Positions 47,052 to 56,684 of a stretch of DNA of 64,000 nucleotides are shown piece after piece; within the stretch, counting starts at the first letter, position 1; every line of letters begins with the position of its first letter. The position numbers and the translations under genes are program-made. Source of the stretch: Sumerlaeia bacterium (GTDB lineage: Bacteria; Sumerlaeota; Sumerlaeia; MVZB01); assembly GCA_041687335.1 (NCBI GenBank), contig JAWLCE010000005.1, positions 13,201 through 77,200 of the forward strand. Direction: 5' to 3'. The notes beneath the pieces are model-generated. The model ran no database searches. It saw only the letters and a list, made by a program, of their open reading frames with translations, and had not been told where the DNA came from.

Positions 47052-47804
47052 TCAGCTTCCCGGCTTGCAGACCGAACAGGGCTCCAGGCCGCGCGCATGG
47101 GCCACCTCGAGCGCCAAGGGATTGCGGCTGCGGCTCAGCGAGCGGCAGTCGGCCCGGTGATAGCGCGTTCCCGAATCAGTCACGTAAACCGTCGGCCCGC
47201 CCTTGCCCGCCGCCACCGGAACCATAGCCCGCTGCGCGTCCGGCTGCTCCGCCCCGGCCCCCGCCGCCCGCTCGGCCGTGCCTGTTTCCGCCGTCGCCTG
47301 GCTGGCGAGATTGGGGTTCCACAAGCCCTTGCGCGCCTCGCTGGCGCGTTGCTCATAAATCTTGAACAGCTCCATCAGCGCGAATTTCTCGCGCGTGTAG
47401 ACGCGGGCATAGCCCTGGCGCACCAGCTCCAGGTTGACCGGCAGCCCGTCGGGCACCCGATACAGCATCGCCAGCAGCCGGTCGTAACGGTCGCGCGGTC
47501 GCTCGGGGTCAACCTCGACCCAGACCTCCTCGCCGGCCAGCAGGTTATAGGTGAACCACGCCGCCTCGCGGCCATAGAACGTCCGCGCCGGGTCGCCGCT
47601 CAGTTCCGGGGTATCCACCCCGCGCAGCCGGCAGCGCACCTCCTGCCCGTCCATTCGTAGCGCCACGGTGTCGCCGTCGACCGTGCGGATGATTTCAGCG
47701 CGCGGCAATGCCGTAAAATCAGGCCGCGGCGGCTCGGGCAGGCGCTGGGCCGTTGCCGCCACCGGCAGCAGCAGGCAGACCATCAACATCAGGCGCTGAA
47801 GCAT
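47052..47804 (-). CDS. thermonuclease (SNase-like) family protein with a C-terminal Cys/His cluster
   Basis: Signal peptide. SNase blocks VDGDTV and RLRGVDTPE. C-terminal YHRADCRSL...CSVCKP cluster. Confidence 0.7.
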   Translation of the reverse strand: MLQRLMLMVCLLLPVAATAQRLPEPPRPDFTALPRAEIIRTVDGDTVALRMDGQEVRCRLRGVDTPELSGDPARTFYGREAAWFTYNLLAGEEVWVEVDPERPRDRYDRLLAMLYRVPDGLPVNLELVRQGYARVYTREKFALMELFKIYEQRASEARKGLWNPNLASQATAETGTAERAAGAGAEQPDAQRAMVPVAAGKGGPTVYVTDSGTRYHRADCRSLSRSRNPLALEVAHARGLEPCSVCKPGS

Positions 47805-47903
47805 GCTGGACTCCTGTCAAGATCGCTCCCCGCCATGTTCACGAAAAACGCATCCATCGGCCATGAAAAAGGGAAGGCCGCATGCATCATAAAAGTCCGG
47901 CTA

Positions 47904-48707
47904 TTATCTTTGCGCTTCCTCTGCGTCCTCCGCTTCGTCGCGCAGGACCTCCCAATCCACCCGGCTCAGGTTGCCGCGCAGGACCGTCATCAGCTGCTCC
48001 CAGACCCACCACAACACCCGGTTGTCGATCTGGGGGTTGAAGTCCAGGTTAAGTAGTTCGTTGCGCAGCGGCACGCGGATGATGAGTCGTTCGCGCGTCA
48101 GCTCGCCCTCGACGTTGACCTCATTGAACGGGATCATGAGCTCATTGGGCCAGCGCTGGTCGAGCACGCTATCGACGTAATCGCCCGCCAGAGCGCCGGC
48201 ATGCTGGTTGGCCAGCAGGTCCTTGATCAGGCCTCGGCTGAGGAAGACCGTGCCCGGCGCGCCGTGCGCCGCAATTGCGATGCGGCTCCACTCGCCCTCG
48301 CCGAATTCCAGCCGCACCCGCCCCGAAACCTGCGCCCGCACCTCGCGCGCCCGCGGCAACTGAAAAAACGCCATCGCCTCGCTCAGCTCGACCCGCCCCA
48401 GCGTGATGCTGGTGGCCAGCGACGCGGAGCGCCCGGCGAGCACGCGCCCCTCCCCCGCCACGCGCACGCGCCCATCCCACAGGTTCAGGTCCAGCCAGTC
48501 CAGTTGCCACCGGCTCTCCTCGACCAGGATCGTGGCCGCCGACCGATCAAATAAAATCTGGTGGCGGATGCTCAGCGCCAGCGGTCGGCTGGTGGCGGGG
48601 TCAAGCCAGGGCAGCAGCGGCTGTTCCTCGGCGGCCGCGGCCACGCGCGGCCAGCCCAGTGCCATCAGAAGAATCAACAGGAGTAAGATGGATGACCGTG
48701 GGCCGGG
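47904..48707 (-). CDS. hypothetical secreted protein (start uncertain)
   Basis: The track ORF extends to 48953, but that part overlaps a better small ORF in another frame. A TTG at 48707 gives a signal-peptide-like N-terminus (SSILLLLILLMALGWPRVAAAAEE). Ends with an acidic tail. Confidence 0.4.
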   Translation of the reverse strand, partial: PGPRSSILLLLILLMALGWPRVAAAAEEQPLLPWLDPATSRPLALSIRHQILFDRSAATILVEESRWQLDWLDLNLWDGRVRVAGEGRVLAGRSASLATSITLGRVELSEAMAFFQLPRAREVRAQVSGRVRLEFGEGEWSRIAIAAHGAPGTVFLSRGLIKDLLANQHAGALAGDYVDSVLDQRWPNELMIPFNEVNVEGELTRERLIIRVPLRNELLNLDFNPQIDNRVLWWVWEQLMTVLRGNLSRVDWEVLRDEAEDAEEAQR

Positions 48708-48778
48708 CGGAACCAATCGTCCTGATGATTCCGCCCAGCCCCCGGCCGTGAGCCTGCGAGGCGGGGATAATGAAGACC

Positions 48779-48997
48779 TCAGCGCCGGGTGAAGCCGGGC
48801 CCCTGCCGGACCAGCTGCTGGGCATTGCGGGCCTTGCTTTGCCAGTCGAGCCGATAAAGCGCACACGGGAAAGATTTCATGTAATGCGGTTTGTCGGCGT
48901 GTTTGCAGTAGACCTTCTCCGGACGCGAGGCCAACGTGTGGTAGAACATGCAATCAGTGCGGGTGCACTGGACTTCAATCACTCTGCCTTCTTGCAC
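48779..48997 (-). CDS. small Cys4 protein (putative zinc-ribbon), hypothetical
   Basis: 72 aa. GTG start preceded by aaggatgtgcc (SD aagga). Strong GC3 bias. Cys at positions 11, 16, 33 and 47 (VQCTRTDC...YCKHADKPHYMKSFPCALY). Confidence 0.45.
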   Translation of the reverse strand: MQEGRVIEVQCTRTDCMFYHTLASRPEKVYCKHADKPHYMKSFPCALYRLDWQSKARNAQQLVRQGPGFTRR

Positions 48998-49129
48998 GGC
49001 ACATCCTTTCGGCCGATATCGGGAGGTACATCTGATCGGCGCGCCAATGGTCTCCGGCCTCCCCGCCGGAACCCATTACTCACAATTTATGCCACCCCCA
49101 AAGCCCTTGTCACCTATTTCCTGCGCCTT

Positions 49130-52100
49130 TTACCGCCGCCCATTCACGCCGCGGTTGCCGTTATGGGCTTGATTTCCATTTTTGCCATTTCGGCCGTTGA
49201 TCTGGTGGTTGATGCGGCCGGGCAGCTCCAGCGCCGTGTCGAGCGGTGTGATCGGGACGAGGGTGGGGTCGGAGAGCGTCCCGCCGACGCGCACGCTGAT
49301 CACCTGACCCACCAGCCGATTGAAGATGTCCAGCGCACCGCCGATCAGCGGCACGTCGCGCGCGAACTGAAGGAACAGCGCCCGCAGTTGGAGGTCCAGG
49401 TTGCCGTCGAGCGTCACAGCCCCCGACACCCGCATATCGACCACCGGGTTCTGCATGTGGATTCCTTCGCTGGTGATGCTGCGCTCGACAAGCTGGAACG
49501 GCCCCTGGATGCGCGAGAAGACAATGTCCTCAAAGATCGGCAGTCGCAGCAGCCCCCCCAGTGCGTTGAAAATCCGGTTGGCGACGAAGCGGCTCTCATC
49601 GATCCTCGCGGTGCCCTCACCCCACATCAGCAGCGGATGCTCATCGCCGCCCAGCGCTATGGTCACGTCCACCCGCCCGCTCAGATTGCCCGAGAACATG
49701 CCGCCCGGCCGCGCCTGCCCCGTCATCGATTCGATGACCGGCCGTATCTCGACATTGAGCACCTCGCTGTTGATGTGCAGGCGCCGGTTGAAGAAGGTGC
49801 CGTTCAGGTCCACCGTCCCCCCATCGACCCGCACCTGCGAAAGATACCAGCGCAGCATCCCCGGCTGGCGGCGTTTGTAAGCATCGAACTGCAGCATCGC
49901 GTCCACGTTACTGAAGACGACGTTGCGGTATTCCCCCGTGTCGGTGCGGAACATCCCGCGCACGCTGAGGCTCGGCGTCAGCGCGGGGTTGAATTTCAGG
50001 TCGTCGGGCCACTCAGCCGGCGGCGGGTCTCCCGGCCCGCGCCAGCGGTCGATCCACTCATCAATCGAGAAGTGATCGCCGCTGACGTCGAAGGCGATCG
50101 TCGGGGGCTGGCCGTCGGGCCGGTCCCAGAGGATGTCAAAGGTCGAGCGGACGTTGACGGAGCCGGTCCCGGGCGCCACACCGATCGGCTGGGGCGTCCA
50201 AAGCCGCCCCTTCTCGTAGAGTGCCAGCCCCGTCAGCCCGCGCAGCGGCGTCGGCATGCGCAGCAGGGTCAGCTCGGCATTGTCCAGCCGCAGCCGGCCG
50301 CTGTAATCATCGACCCACTCCGCCTTCAGTTGCTCGCCGGGGGCTTCCTGTTCCAGCACCGCCGTCAGGTAGTCGATCATGCCCGGCCAGGTCTGGGGCG
50401 GGATAAACCCCTCGCGCGGGCGCAGCTGATGGCGGTGGTCGATTGACGCCAGGCCGCCGACGCGGAAGCGCTCCAAGCCATGGGGCACCCGGCGCTGCAT
50501 TTCGCGCAACGCCCCTGCCAGCTGGATGGCGACCTCGCCCCCGCCCGGGCGTAGCGTGCCGCTGGTCATGAAGTCAAGTTCCCCGAAGCGGCCGCTGGTC
50601 GGCGCCAGCCTCAGGCTTTCCTGATCGAAAAGCAGTTCGACGCGGGGCGAGGTGAGCGGCCCGCCCACGCGCTGGACGCTGAAGCTGGTCTCCAGGTCGT
50701 TGATCACGACGCGGATCTCCTGGTCACCCGCGCGCCACTGCTCGGGCCGGCCGCGCAGGCGCGTCTCGATCAGCGCCTGGCCACGAGCATATTCAACCTG
50801 CTCGGGCAGCTCAAACAGCTCCCGCTCGCGCGCCTGCTCCAGCGCATTGGCCAGTGAGGTCTCCAGTTGCAGGTTCAGGTCCAGCAGCGGTTCTTGCCAG
50901 GGCAGGCGCCGGCCTTCGATCCCGCCATCGACCAGGAACTCGCCCTCCAGCGTCCGGCCGCGAACCTGGTCGAGCATGAGCGTGCGCCCGGACCAGATGG
51001 CCGTGCCCGACAGCTCACTCACCGGCGCGGGCAGCCGCTGATGGTCCACATTCCCATTCTCGACACGCAGCGTCAGCTCCAAGTCATCGGGTGGTGAGCC
51101 TTCGTCGGTCGCCCGCTCCATGGATTCGATGCTGATGCGGCCCTCGAGCCGGAGCCGTTCGGCACCCAGCTGGATCGGCCCCTGGACCTGCTCGGCCTGC
51201 TCCAGCTCGAGGCGGGTGGCAAAATCGCGCACGTCCAGCTTGAGCTGCAACGGCTCCTGGCGCCAACGGTCCAGCCGCATCTGTTCGGTGCCGAGCGTCA
51301 GCACCGCATCGCCCTCGATCGGTGGCAGGTCCAGCTCGAGCTCGCCCTCGGGATCGAGCCGCTGCGCGATGCGCCGGGCGTGCTCGACCAGCACCGGCAC
51401 CGGCCCCGCCGCCCGCGCCGTCGCCGTCAGCGTCTGGCTGGTCCACAGCTCCGGCCCACCGAGCACATGCGCCTCCAGGGTGAGGCTCGTTCCACCCAGC
51501 CGCGCGCTTGGCACGTGGAGCCGCGCCTCACGGCTGGTGAACTCCAGCTCTCCCCTCAGGTCCGTCAACGGTTCGGGCAGGGCCGGGTGCTCGACCTCCG
51601 CCCGCCGGAGCCGCAGCCGCCCCTCCGCCCGGACGCGCTCCATCGCCTGCTCCATGACGAGCGGGTCGCTCAGCCGCAGTGTGCCGCTGCCGACAATGTC
51701 GCCGGTCAACTGAAGTCCCTCCAGGGCCTGCTCGGTAGTCTGCCCACTGGGGGTCTCGAGTTCGCCCAAATCGCCCGCCGTGTGCCAGTCCAGCTCGACC
51801 TGGCCGACATGCCCCGCCAGCAGATCACCGGTGGCAGTCCCCTCCAAGCGGACGGGCAATCCGGCGATGACCCCATTCAGGTCCTCCAGGGTCAGCGTGT
51901 CGGTCGTCAGGCTCACGCGGGCCGAGATATCACGAATCGGCCCGGCCAGCTCGGGAATCTTCCAGGCCACGCCTTCCATCGTATAGGTCGCCTGCAACGA
52001 CGTGGGATGGGTGGTCAACTGGTCGCCGGCGACACTGCCGGTCAGGGTGGCGACGCCCTCGCCGGGACGGGCGGCGACGCCGTGGGGCAGCAGCCAGTCG

Positions 52101-53212
52101 CCCATTGCCGCCAGCCCTTCATCGCGCAGCTCGAAACGCTCGAGCGATGCCGAATATGGAAACGGCGCCTCGATTTCCATCTGCCCATGCATGAGCATGT
52201 CGGCATTGGGGCTGCTCATCGTCAGTCGTTCGATCTTGGCCAGGCGGGCCTCCTGGTCGAGCGTGGCCACCCATCGCAGGTCAATCCGGTCGACCTCATG
52301 AAGGGTCGCGTCCTGATCGTCGTAGATGCGAGTGTTGTCCAGCAGCAGCCGGCCCTCGGTGTGCCAGTTCAGCCCGTCGCGCCGGAGGCGTCCCTCCAGC
52401 CGCGCCGGCCGGGCCTGAATCTCCGCCGGCAGCAACCCCGGCATCAGCCGGCCCGTGTCGAGGGCGCCGATGCGCATCGTCCACTGGCCGCGCTGCTGCC
52501 CCTGCTCGAGGTCCAGCTCCGCCTGGAGCTGAAAATCGCGCCGGCCGTCGCCCCGCCAGTCGCCGGTGGCCTCGACCCGCCGCGGGCGGGGCTGACCCTC
52601 AAAATCCACCTCGATAGCCATATCATGGATACTGGCGACCGTGTGCGTGGTGCCGGTGTCGTCGGGCTCCAGCCAGCGCAGCCGCACCGGCGAGATGCGC
52701 AGCATCTCGAGCGCCACGCTGCGCTCCCCCCGCTCCTCGTCCTGGTTTGCCTGAATGATTTCGATGATCCGCGGCCAAGGCTCCATCAGCTCGGGCCGCC
52801 CCTCGCGCAGCGTCACGTCAATATGGAACGGGCCGACCAGCTCGATCGCCTGCATGACGTAGGGCCGGCCGCCGAAGATCAGCCGCGGCAACGAGCTGTC
52901 CACCCGCACCGCCTCGGCCTCGAGCAGCCGCTCCCCCGTCTCCGGGTCGGTGAGCACCGGGCGCTCCACATCGAGCCGCGCCCGCCCCAGCCGCAGCGTC
53001 GCCTGGTCGAATTCCAGCCCCAGCCCAGTTGCCTCTCCAAAACGCTCGCTCAGCAGCGCATCCAGCCGCTCGTGGCGGATCGGAATGAACAGGAGCACGA
53101 CCAGCGCCACGACCAACAAACCCAGCAGGCCAGCCGCAATCAGCAGCCAGCGCCGGCGGCGCGGGGGGGTCTCCTCCCGTTCCTGTTCGTCCTTTTCCGC
53201 CTCGATGCCCAT
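49130..53212 (-). CDS. AsmA/TamB-like giant envelope protein (N-terminal membrane anchor, DUF3971-like)
   Basis: 1360 aa. N-terminal TM (WLLIAAGLLGLLVVALVVLLFIPI), followed by a long beta-rich repetitive body typical of AsmA-like lipid-transfer proteins. Confidence 0.7.
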   Translation of the reverse strand: MGIEAEKDEQEREETPPRRRRWLLIAAGLLGLLVVALVVLLFIPIRHERLDALLSERFGEATGLGLEFDQATLRLGRARLDVERPVLTDPETGERLLEAEAVRVDSSLPRLIFGGRPYVMQAIELVGPFHIDVTLREGRPELMEPWPRIIEIIQANQDEERGERSVALEMLRISPVRLRWLEPDDTGTTHTVASIHDMAIEVDFEGQPRPRRVEATGDWRGDGRRDFQLQAELDLEQGQQRGQWTMRIGALDTGRLMPGLLPAEIQARPARLEGRLRRDGLNWHTEGRLLLDNTRIYDDQDATLHEVDRIDLRWVATLDQEARLAKIERLTMSSPNADMLMHGQMEIEAPFPYSASLERFELRDEGLAAMGDWLLPHGVAARPGEGVATLTGSVAGDQLTTHPTSLQATYTMEGVAWKIPELAGPIRDISARVSLTTDTLTLEDLNGVIAGLPVRLEGTATGDLLAGHVGQVELDWHTAGDLGELETPSGQTTEQALEGLQLTGDIVGSGTLRLSDPLVMEQAMERVRAEGRLRLRRAEVEHPALPEPLTDLRGELEFTSREARLHVPSARLGGTSLTLEAHVLGGPELWTSQTLTATARAAGPVPVLVEHARRIAQRLDPEGELELDLPPIEGDAVLTLGTEQMRLDRWRQEPLQLKLDVRDFATRLELEQAEQVQGPIQLGAERLRLEGRISIESMERATDEGSPPDDLELTLRVENGNVDHQRLPAPVSELSGTAIWSGRTLMLDQVRGRTLEGEFLVDGGIEGRRLPWQEPLLDLNLQLETSLANALEQARERELFELPEQVEYARGQALIETRLRGRPEQWRAGDQEIRVVINDLETSFSVQRVGGPLTSPRVELLFDQESLRLAPTSGRFGELDFMTSGTLRPGGGEVAIQLAGALREMQRRVPHGLERFRVGGLASIDHRHQLRPREGFIPPQTWPGMIDYLTAVLEQEAPGEQLKAEWVDDYSGRLRLDNAELTLLRMPTPLRGLTGLALYEKGRLWTPQPIGVAPGTGSVNVRSTFDILWDRPDGQPPTIAFDVSGDHFSIDEWIDRWRGPGDPPPAEWPDDLKFNPALTPSLSVRGMFRTDTGEYRNVVFSNVDAMLQFDAYKRRQPGMLRWYLSQVRVDGGTVDLNGTFFNRRLHINSEVLNVEIRPVIESMTGQARPGGMFSGNLSGRVDVTIALGGDEHPLLMWGEGTARIDESRFVANRIFNALGGLLRLPIFEDIVFSRIQGPFQLVERSITSEGIHMQNPVVDMRVSGAVTLDGNLDLQLRALFLQFARDVPLIGGALDIFNRLVGQVISVRVGGTLSDPTLVPITPLDTALELPGRINHQINGRNGKNGNQAHNGNRGVNGRR

Positions 53213-53224
53213 CGTGTCTCCCCG

Positions 53225-53956
53225 TTATTTCTCGTCAGGCTCGCCCAAATGTTCTCGCGCGCGGGCAAAGACATCATCCAGCATCGCCTCGGTCAGCTTG
53301 CCGGTGAACGTGTTCTGCTGGCTGGGGTGGTAGGAGCCCAGCAGCCAGCGACGCTCGTCCAGGCGCGCCTCGGCGCCATGGCCGAAGGCCGGACGCGGCC
53401 GGCGCGGCAGGCCAAAAACCTCGGCCGCGGCCGAAAAGGCCGCCTCATGACCGATCCGGCCCAGCCCGACGATCACCCGCGCGCGCTCCAGCAGCCGCAT
53501 CTCCGCCAGCAGCCAGGGGCGGCAGGTCGAGAATTCCTCGCGGCTCGGCTTGTTGGCGGGCGGCGCGCAGCGCACCGAGGCCGAGATGAAACAATCAACC
53601 AGCCGCAGTCCGTCGTCGCGATGGGTCGATTGGGGCTGGTTGGCGAAGCCCGCCTTGTGCAACGCCCGAAAAAGCCAGTCTCCGCTGCGGTCGCCGGTGA
53701 AGATCCGGCCGGTGCGATTGCCGCCGTGCGCCGCCGGCGCCAGCCCGACGATCAGCAGTCGGGCCGCGGGGTCGCCGAAGCCGGGCAGCGGGCGAGCCCA
53801 ATAGTCCTGGCCGGCGTATCGGCGCGGCCGCTCGCGAGCCGCCTGCTCGCGCCATCTCACCAGCCGCGGACAAAGCCGGCAGTCGGCGATCTGCTCATGC
53901 AGCTCCGCCAGCAGCACCGCCGGGTCGGGACGGCCGGGTGTGTCGGGTGTTGGCAT
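53225..53956 (-). CDS. uracil-DNA glycosylase, family 4/5 (UdgB-like, Fe-S type)
   Basis: Cys-rich N-terminus (CRLCPRL), [19 protein letters not shown] motif, C-terminal [11 protein letters not shown]. 243 aa. Confidence 0.85.
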   Translation of the reverse strand: MPTPDTPGRPDPAVLLAELHEQIADCRLCPRLVRWREQAARERPRRYAGQDYWARPLPGFGDPAARLLIVGLAPAAHGGNRTGRIFTGDRSGDWLFRALHKAGFANQPQSTHRDDGLRLVDCFISASVRCAPPANKPSREEFSTCRPWLLAEMRLLERARVIVGLGRIGHEAAFSAAAEVFGLPRRPRPAFGHGAEARLDERRWLLGSYHPSQQNTFTGKLTEAMLDDVFARAREHLGEPDEK

Positions 53957-54077
53957 CGAGCTCGCTCCACAACGTGCGCCTCACGCCCCTTGAGGGATGG
54001 TAACATAAACAAACGCAACCAACCGATTCAAAACAGGTCGAAGACTCCACCACCACAATCCTTCAAGAATATCCGCT

Positions 54078-54240
54078 GTTCACGAAACACACGAAATGAG
54101 GAGCACGAATAGACACGAAAATGGAACGGCAGTCTGGAGTGGAGCATGCCAGTCGAAGCGGTACGATTGTCACCCTCAAGGCATCGAGTGCTGCCGGGGG
54201 CTGGGTACATTTTCGTGTTCTCTTTCGTGCCTTTCGTGAA
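54078..54240. promoter_or_regulatory. inverted arrays of CACGAAA heptamers in a lower-GC divergent promoter region (UDG to GH57)
   Basis: Left arm ttcacgaaacacacgaaatgaggagcacgaatagacacgaaaatg (four CACGAAA). Right arm cattttcgtgttctctttcgtgcctttcgtgaa (three TTTCGTG). The arms are roughly 80 bp apart and in inverted orientation. Confidence 0.5.
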
Positions 54241-54461
54241 CATCTTATTCGATCTGAAGATTCAAGGGCCATCAACCAGCCATTCGGGCCATTCGGGCCC
54301 CGCGGCTGGATTGACTTTTGTGCCGGGCGGGTGGAAAATGAGCGTCGGGTGTAGGTGGGGCGCGGCAATCCGGCCGCGCGGGCTCGATCGACGGGCTTGC
54401 GCGCTCGGCCTCTGATACCCCCGCTCGGCCCCCGAGTCCAGTGCCCCAGCGCGAGGCCCCC

Positions 54462-56684
54462 ATGAGCCGTCAGCCCCTCAACGTGATGATCCTGTGGCAC
54501 ATGCACCAGCCATACTACAAGGACATCCAGCGCGACGAGTATATGATGCCCTGGGTGCGGCTGCATGCAACCAAGGACTACCTCGACATGGCCCTGCTGG
54601 CTTCGCGCCACGAGGGCCTGCGCCTGACCTTCAACATGGTCCCCTCCCTGCTCGAGCAGATCGAGGAGTACGCCGCCGGCTCCGCCCGCGATGCCTATTT
54701 GCGGCTGGCCGAAAAACCCGCCGACCAGTTGTCGCTCGACGAGCGCGTCGAGTTGCTTCACACCTTTTTCAATGCCCAGGAAGAGCGGATGATCCGCGTC
54801 AGCCGCCGCTATGGGGAACTGCTCAACCGCCGGGGAGCCGGCCGGGAGCCCGAGGAGCTGCGCCGGATGGCGCGCCTGTTCAGCGTTGCCGAGTTGAGAG
54901 ACCTGCAGACCTGGTTCTTCCTCGCCTGGATCGATCCCCTGCTGCGCGACGAGGATCCCTTCCTGGCCGCGCTGGTCGCCAAGGATCGCGGCTTCAGCGA
55001 GGAGGACAAGCTGGCCGTTCTCGAGGCCGGCCGCAAGCTGACCGCCCGCATCATCCCCACCCTGGCCGACCTCTGGGGCAAGGGCAAGATCGAGCTGGCC
55101 ACCACCCCGTATTACCACCCGATCCTGCCGCTGCTGATCGACACGAACATCGCCCGCCGCGCGCGGCCCGAGGTGATCCTGCCCTCGCGCCGCTTCGTCG
55201 CCCCCGAGGATGCACGGCTCCAGATCGAGCTGGGGCTGGACTACTGCGAGCAGAAGTTCGGTCGCCGCCCGCGCGGCATGTGGCCCTCCGAGGGCTCGGT
55301 CTGCCCCGAACTGGTGCCGATGATGGCCGGGGCCGGCGTCAATTGGATCGCCACCGACGAGGATGTGCTCGCGAGCTCGCTCGGGATTGAGCGATTCGCC
55401 CGCGACCGCGACGGCAAGATTTTTGACCCCGATGCCCTCTACCGGCCCTATGTCGTCGAACAGGACGGCGGCCAGGCCGCCATCTTTTTCCGCGACCACC
55501 AGATCAGCGACCTGATCGGCTTCCGTTACGCCAACGTTCCCTCCGAGACCGCCGCTTCGGACCTGCTGCGCCGGCTCGAGCGCATCCACGAGTCACTCGG
55601 CGACTCCAGCGAGCCGCACGTAGTCAGCATCATCCTGGACGGCGAGAACTGCTGGGAACATTTTGAACGTGACGGCCTGCCCTTCCTCAACTCCTTCTAT
55701 GAGGGCCTGGTCACGCGCCCCACCCTGCGCACGGTCACACCCTCCCAGTACCTTGAGGAATTCCCCGCCCAGCGCCGGCTGGACCGGCTGCACAGCGGCT
55801 CCTGGATCAACCGCGACTTTCACGTCTGGATCGGCCACCCCGAGGACAACGCCGCCTGGGACCTGCTGGCGCAGGCGCGCGCCGACCTGGAACCCGCCAT
55901 CCTCGCCGCCCGCCAGGACCCCGCCGCCAGCGAGGCCGCCGAGCGTGCCCACAAGAGCCTGCTCATCGCCGAGGGCAGCGACTGGAACTGGTGGTATGGC
56001 GACGACCACAGCTCTGCCTTCGACGCCCAGTTCGACGCGCTTTATCGCCAACACCTGATCAACGCCTACACCGCCCTCGGCCAGCACCCCCCCGGCCGGC
56101 TGCACATCCCGATCAGCCGCGGCGGCGACACCGGCCTGCAAACCCGACCGCGCGGCTATATCGAGCCGCGGCTGGATGGCCGCATATCCGATTATTTCGA
56201 ATGGTATGCCGCCGGCCGCTACAGCCCCGCCGGCGACAGCATGCATCAGGTCGCCTACGAGATCGAGGCGCTCCACTTCGGCTTCAGCCGCGAGGCGTGC
56301 TACCTGCGCGTCGACCTGGGCGAACCCACTCGGCGCACCCTCGCCGTCCATCTGGTTCATCTGGTTTTCTATCTCTTCAGCGGCCACAACTACCGGATTG
56401 TCTGTCCGCTCAACGGCAGCGACGATCGCCCCTCGGCCCGTGTCTTCAAGGAGGTCGAGCAGGAGGGCTGGGTCCAGGACGGGTCGCTCTCCGAACTGGG
56501 CGTGGGCAGGATCATCGAAGGTCGTTTCCCCTTCAGCCGTTTCGGGATTGAGCCCAACCAGATGCTGCGCATCCAGGTTGCGCTCGAGCAGGAAGGCCTG
56601 GAGCGCGAGCGCTGCCCCAGCCGCTCGCCATTGTCGATCGCCGTTCCCGGCGAGGACTTCGAGGAGATGATGTGGACCGTCTGA
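54462..56684 (+). CDS. glycoside hydrolase family 57 (alpha-amylase / 4-alpha-glucanotransferase / branching-enzyme-like)
   Basis: GH57 signature at the N-terminus (ILWHMHQPYY) and the catalytic-region blocks EGSVCPE and ILDGENCWEH. ATG at 54462. Confidence 0.85.
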   Translation: MSRQPLNVMILWHMHQPYYKDIQRDEYMMPWVRLHATKDYLDMALLASRHEGLRLTFNMVPSLLEQIEEYAAGSARDAYLRLAEKPADQLSLDERVELLHTFFNAQEERMIRVSRRYGELLNRRGAGREPEELRRMARLFSVAELRDLQTWFFLAWIDPLLRDEDPFLAALVAKDRGFSEEDKLAVLEAGRKLTARIIPTLADLWGKGKIELATTPYYHPILPLLIDTNIARRARPEVILPSRRFVAPEDARLQIELGLDYCEQKFGRRPRGMWPSEGSVCPELVPMMAGAGVNWIATDEDVLASSLGIERFARDRDGKIFDPDALYRPYVVEQDGGQAAIFFRDHQISDLIGFRYANVPSETAASDLLRRLERIHESLGDSSEPHVVSIILDGENCWEHFERDGLPFLNSFYEGLVTRPTLRTVTPSQYLEEFPAQRRLDRLHSGSWINRDFHVWIGHPEDNAAWDLLAQARADLEPAILAARQDPAASEAAERAHKSLLIAEGSDWNWWYGDDHSSAFDAQFDALYRQHLINAYTALGQHPPGRLHIPISRGGDTGLQTRPRGYIEPRLDGRISDYFEWYAAGRYSPAGDSMHQVAYEIEALHFGFSREACYLRVDLGEPTRRTLAVHLVHLVFYLFSGHNYRIVCPLNGSDDRPSARVFKEVEQEGWVQDGSLSELGVGRIIEGRFPFSRFGIEPNQMLRIQVALEQEGLERERCPSRSPLSIAVPGEDFEEMMWTV

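Noticed and set aside
54063-55589. 508-aa minus-strand ORF
   Set aside because: It is antisense to the GH57 gene, with low-complexity G/A/L/Q-rich composition and no motifs.
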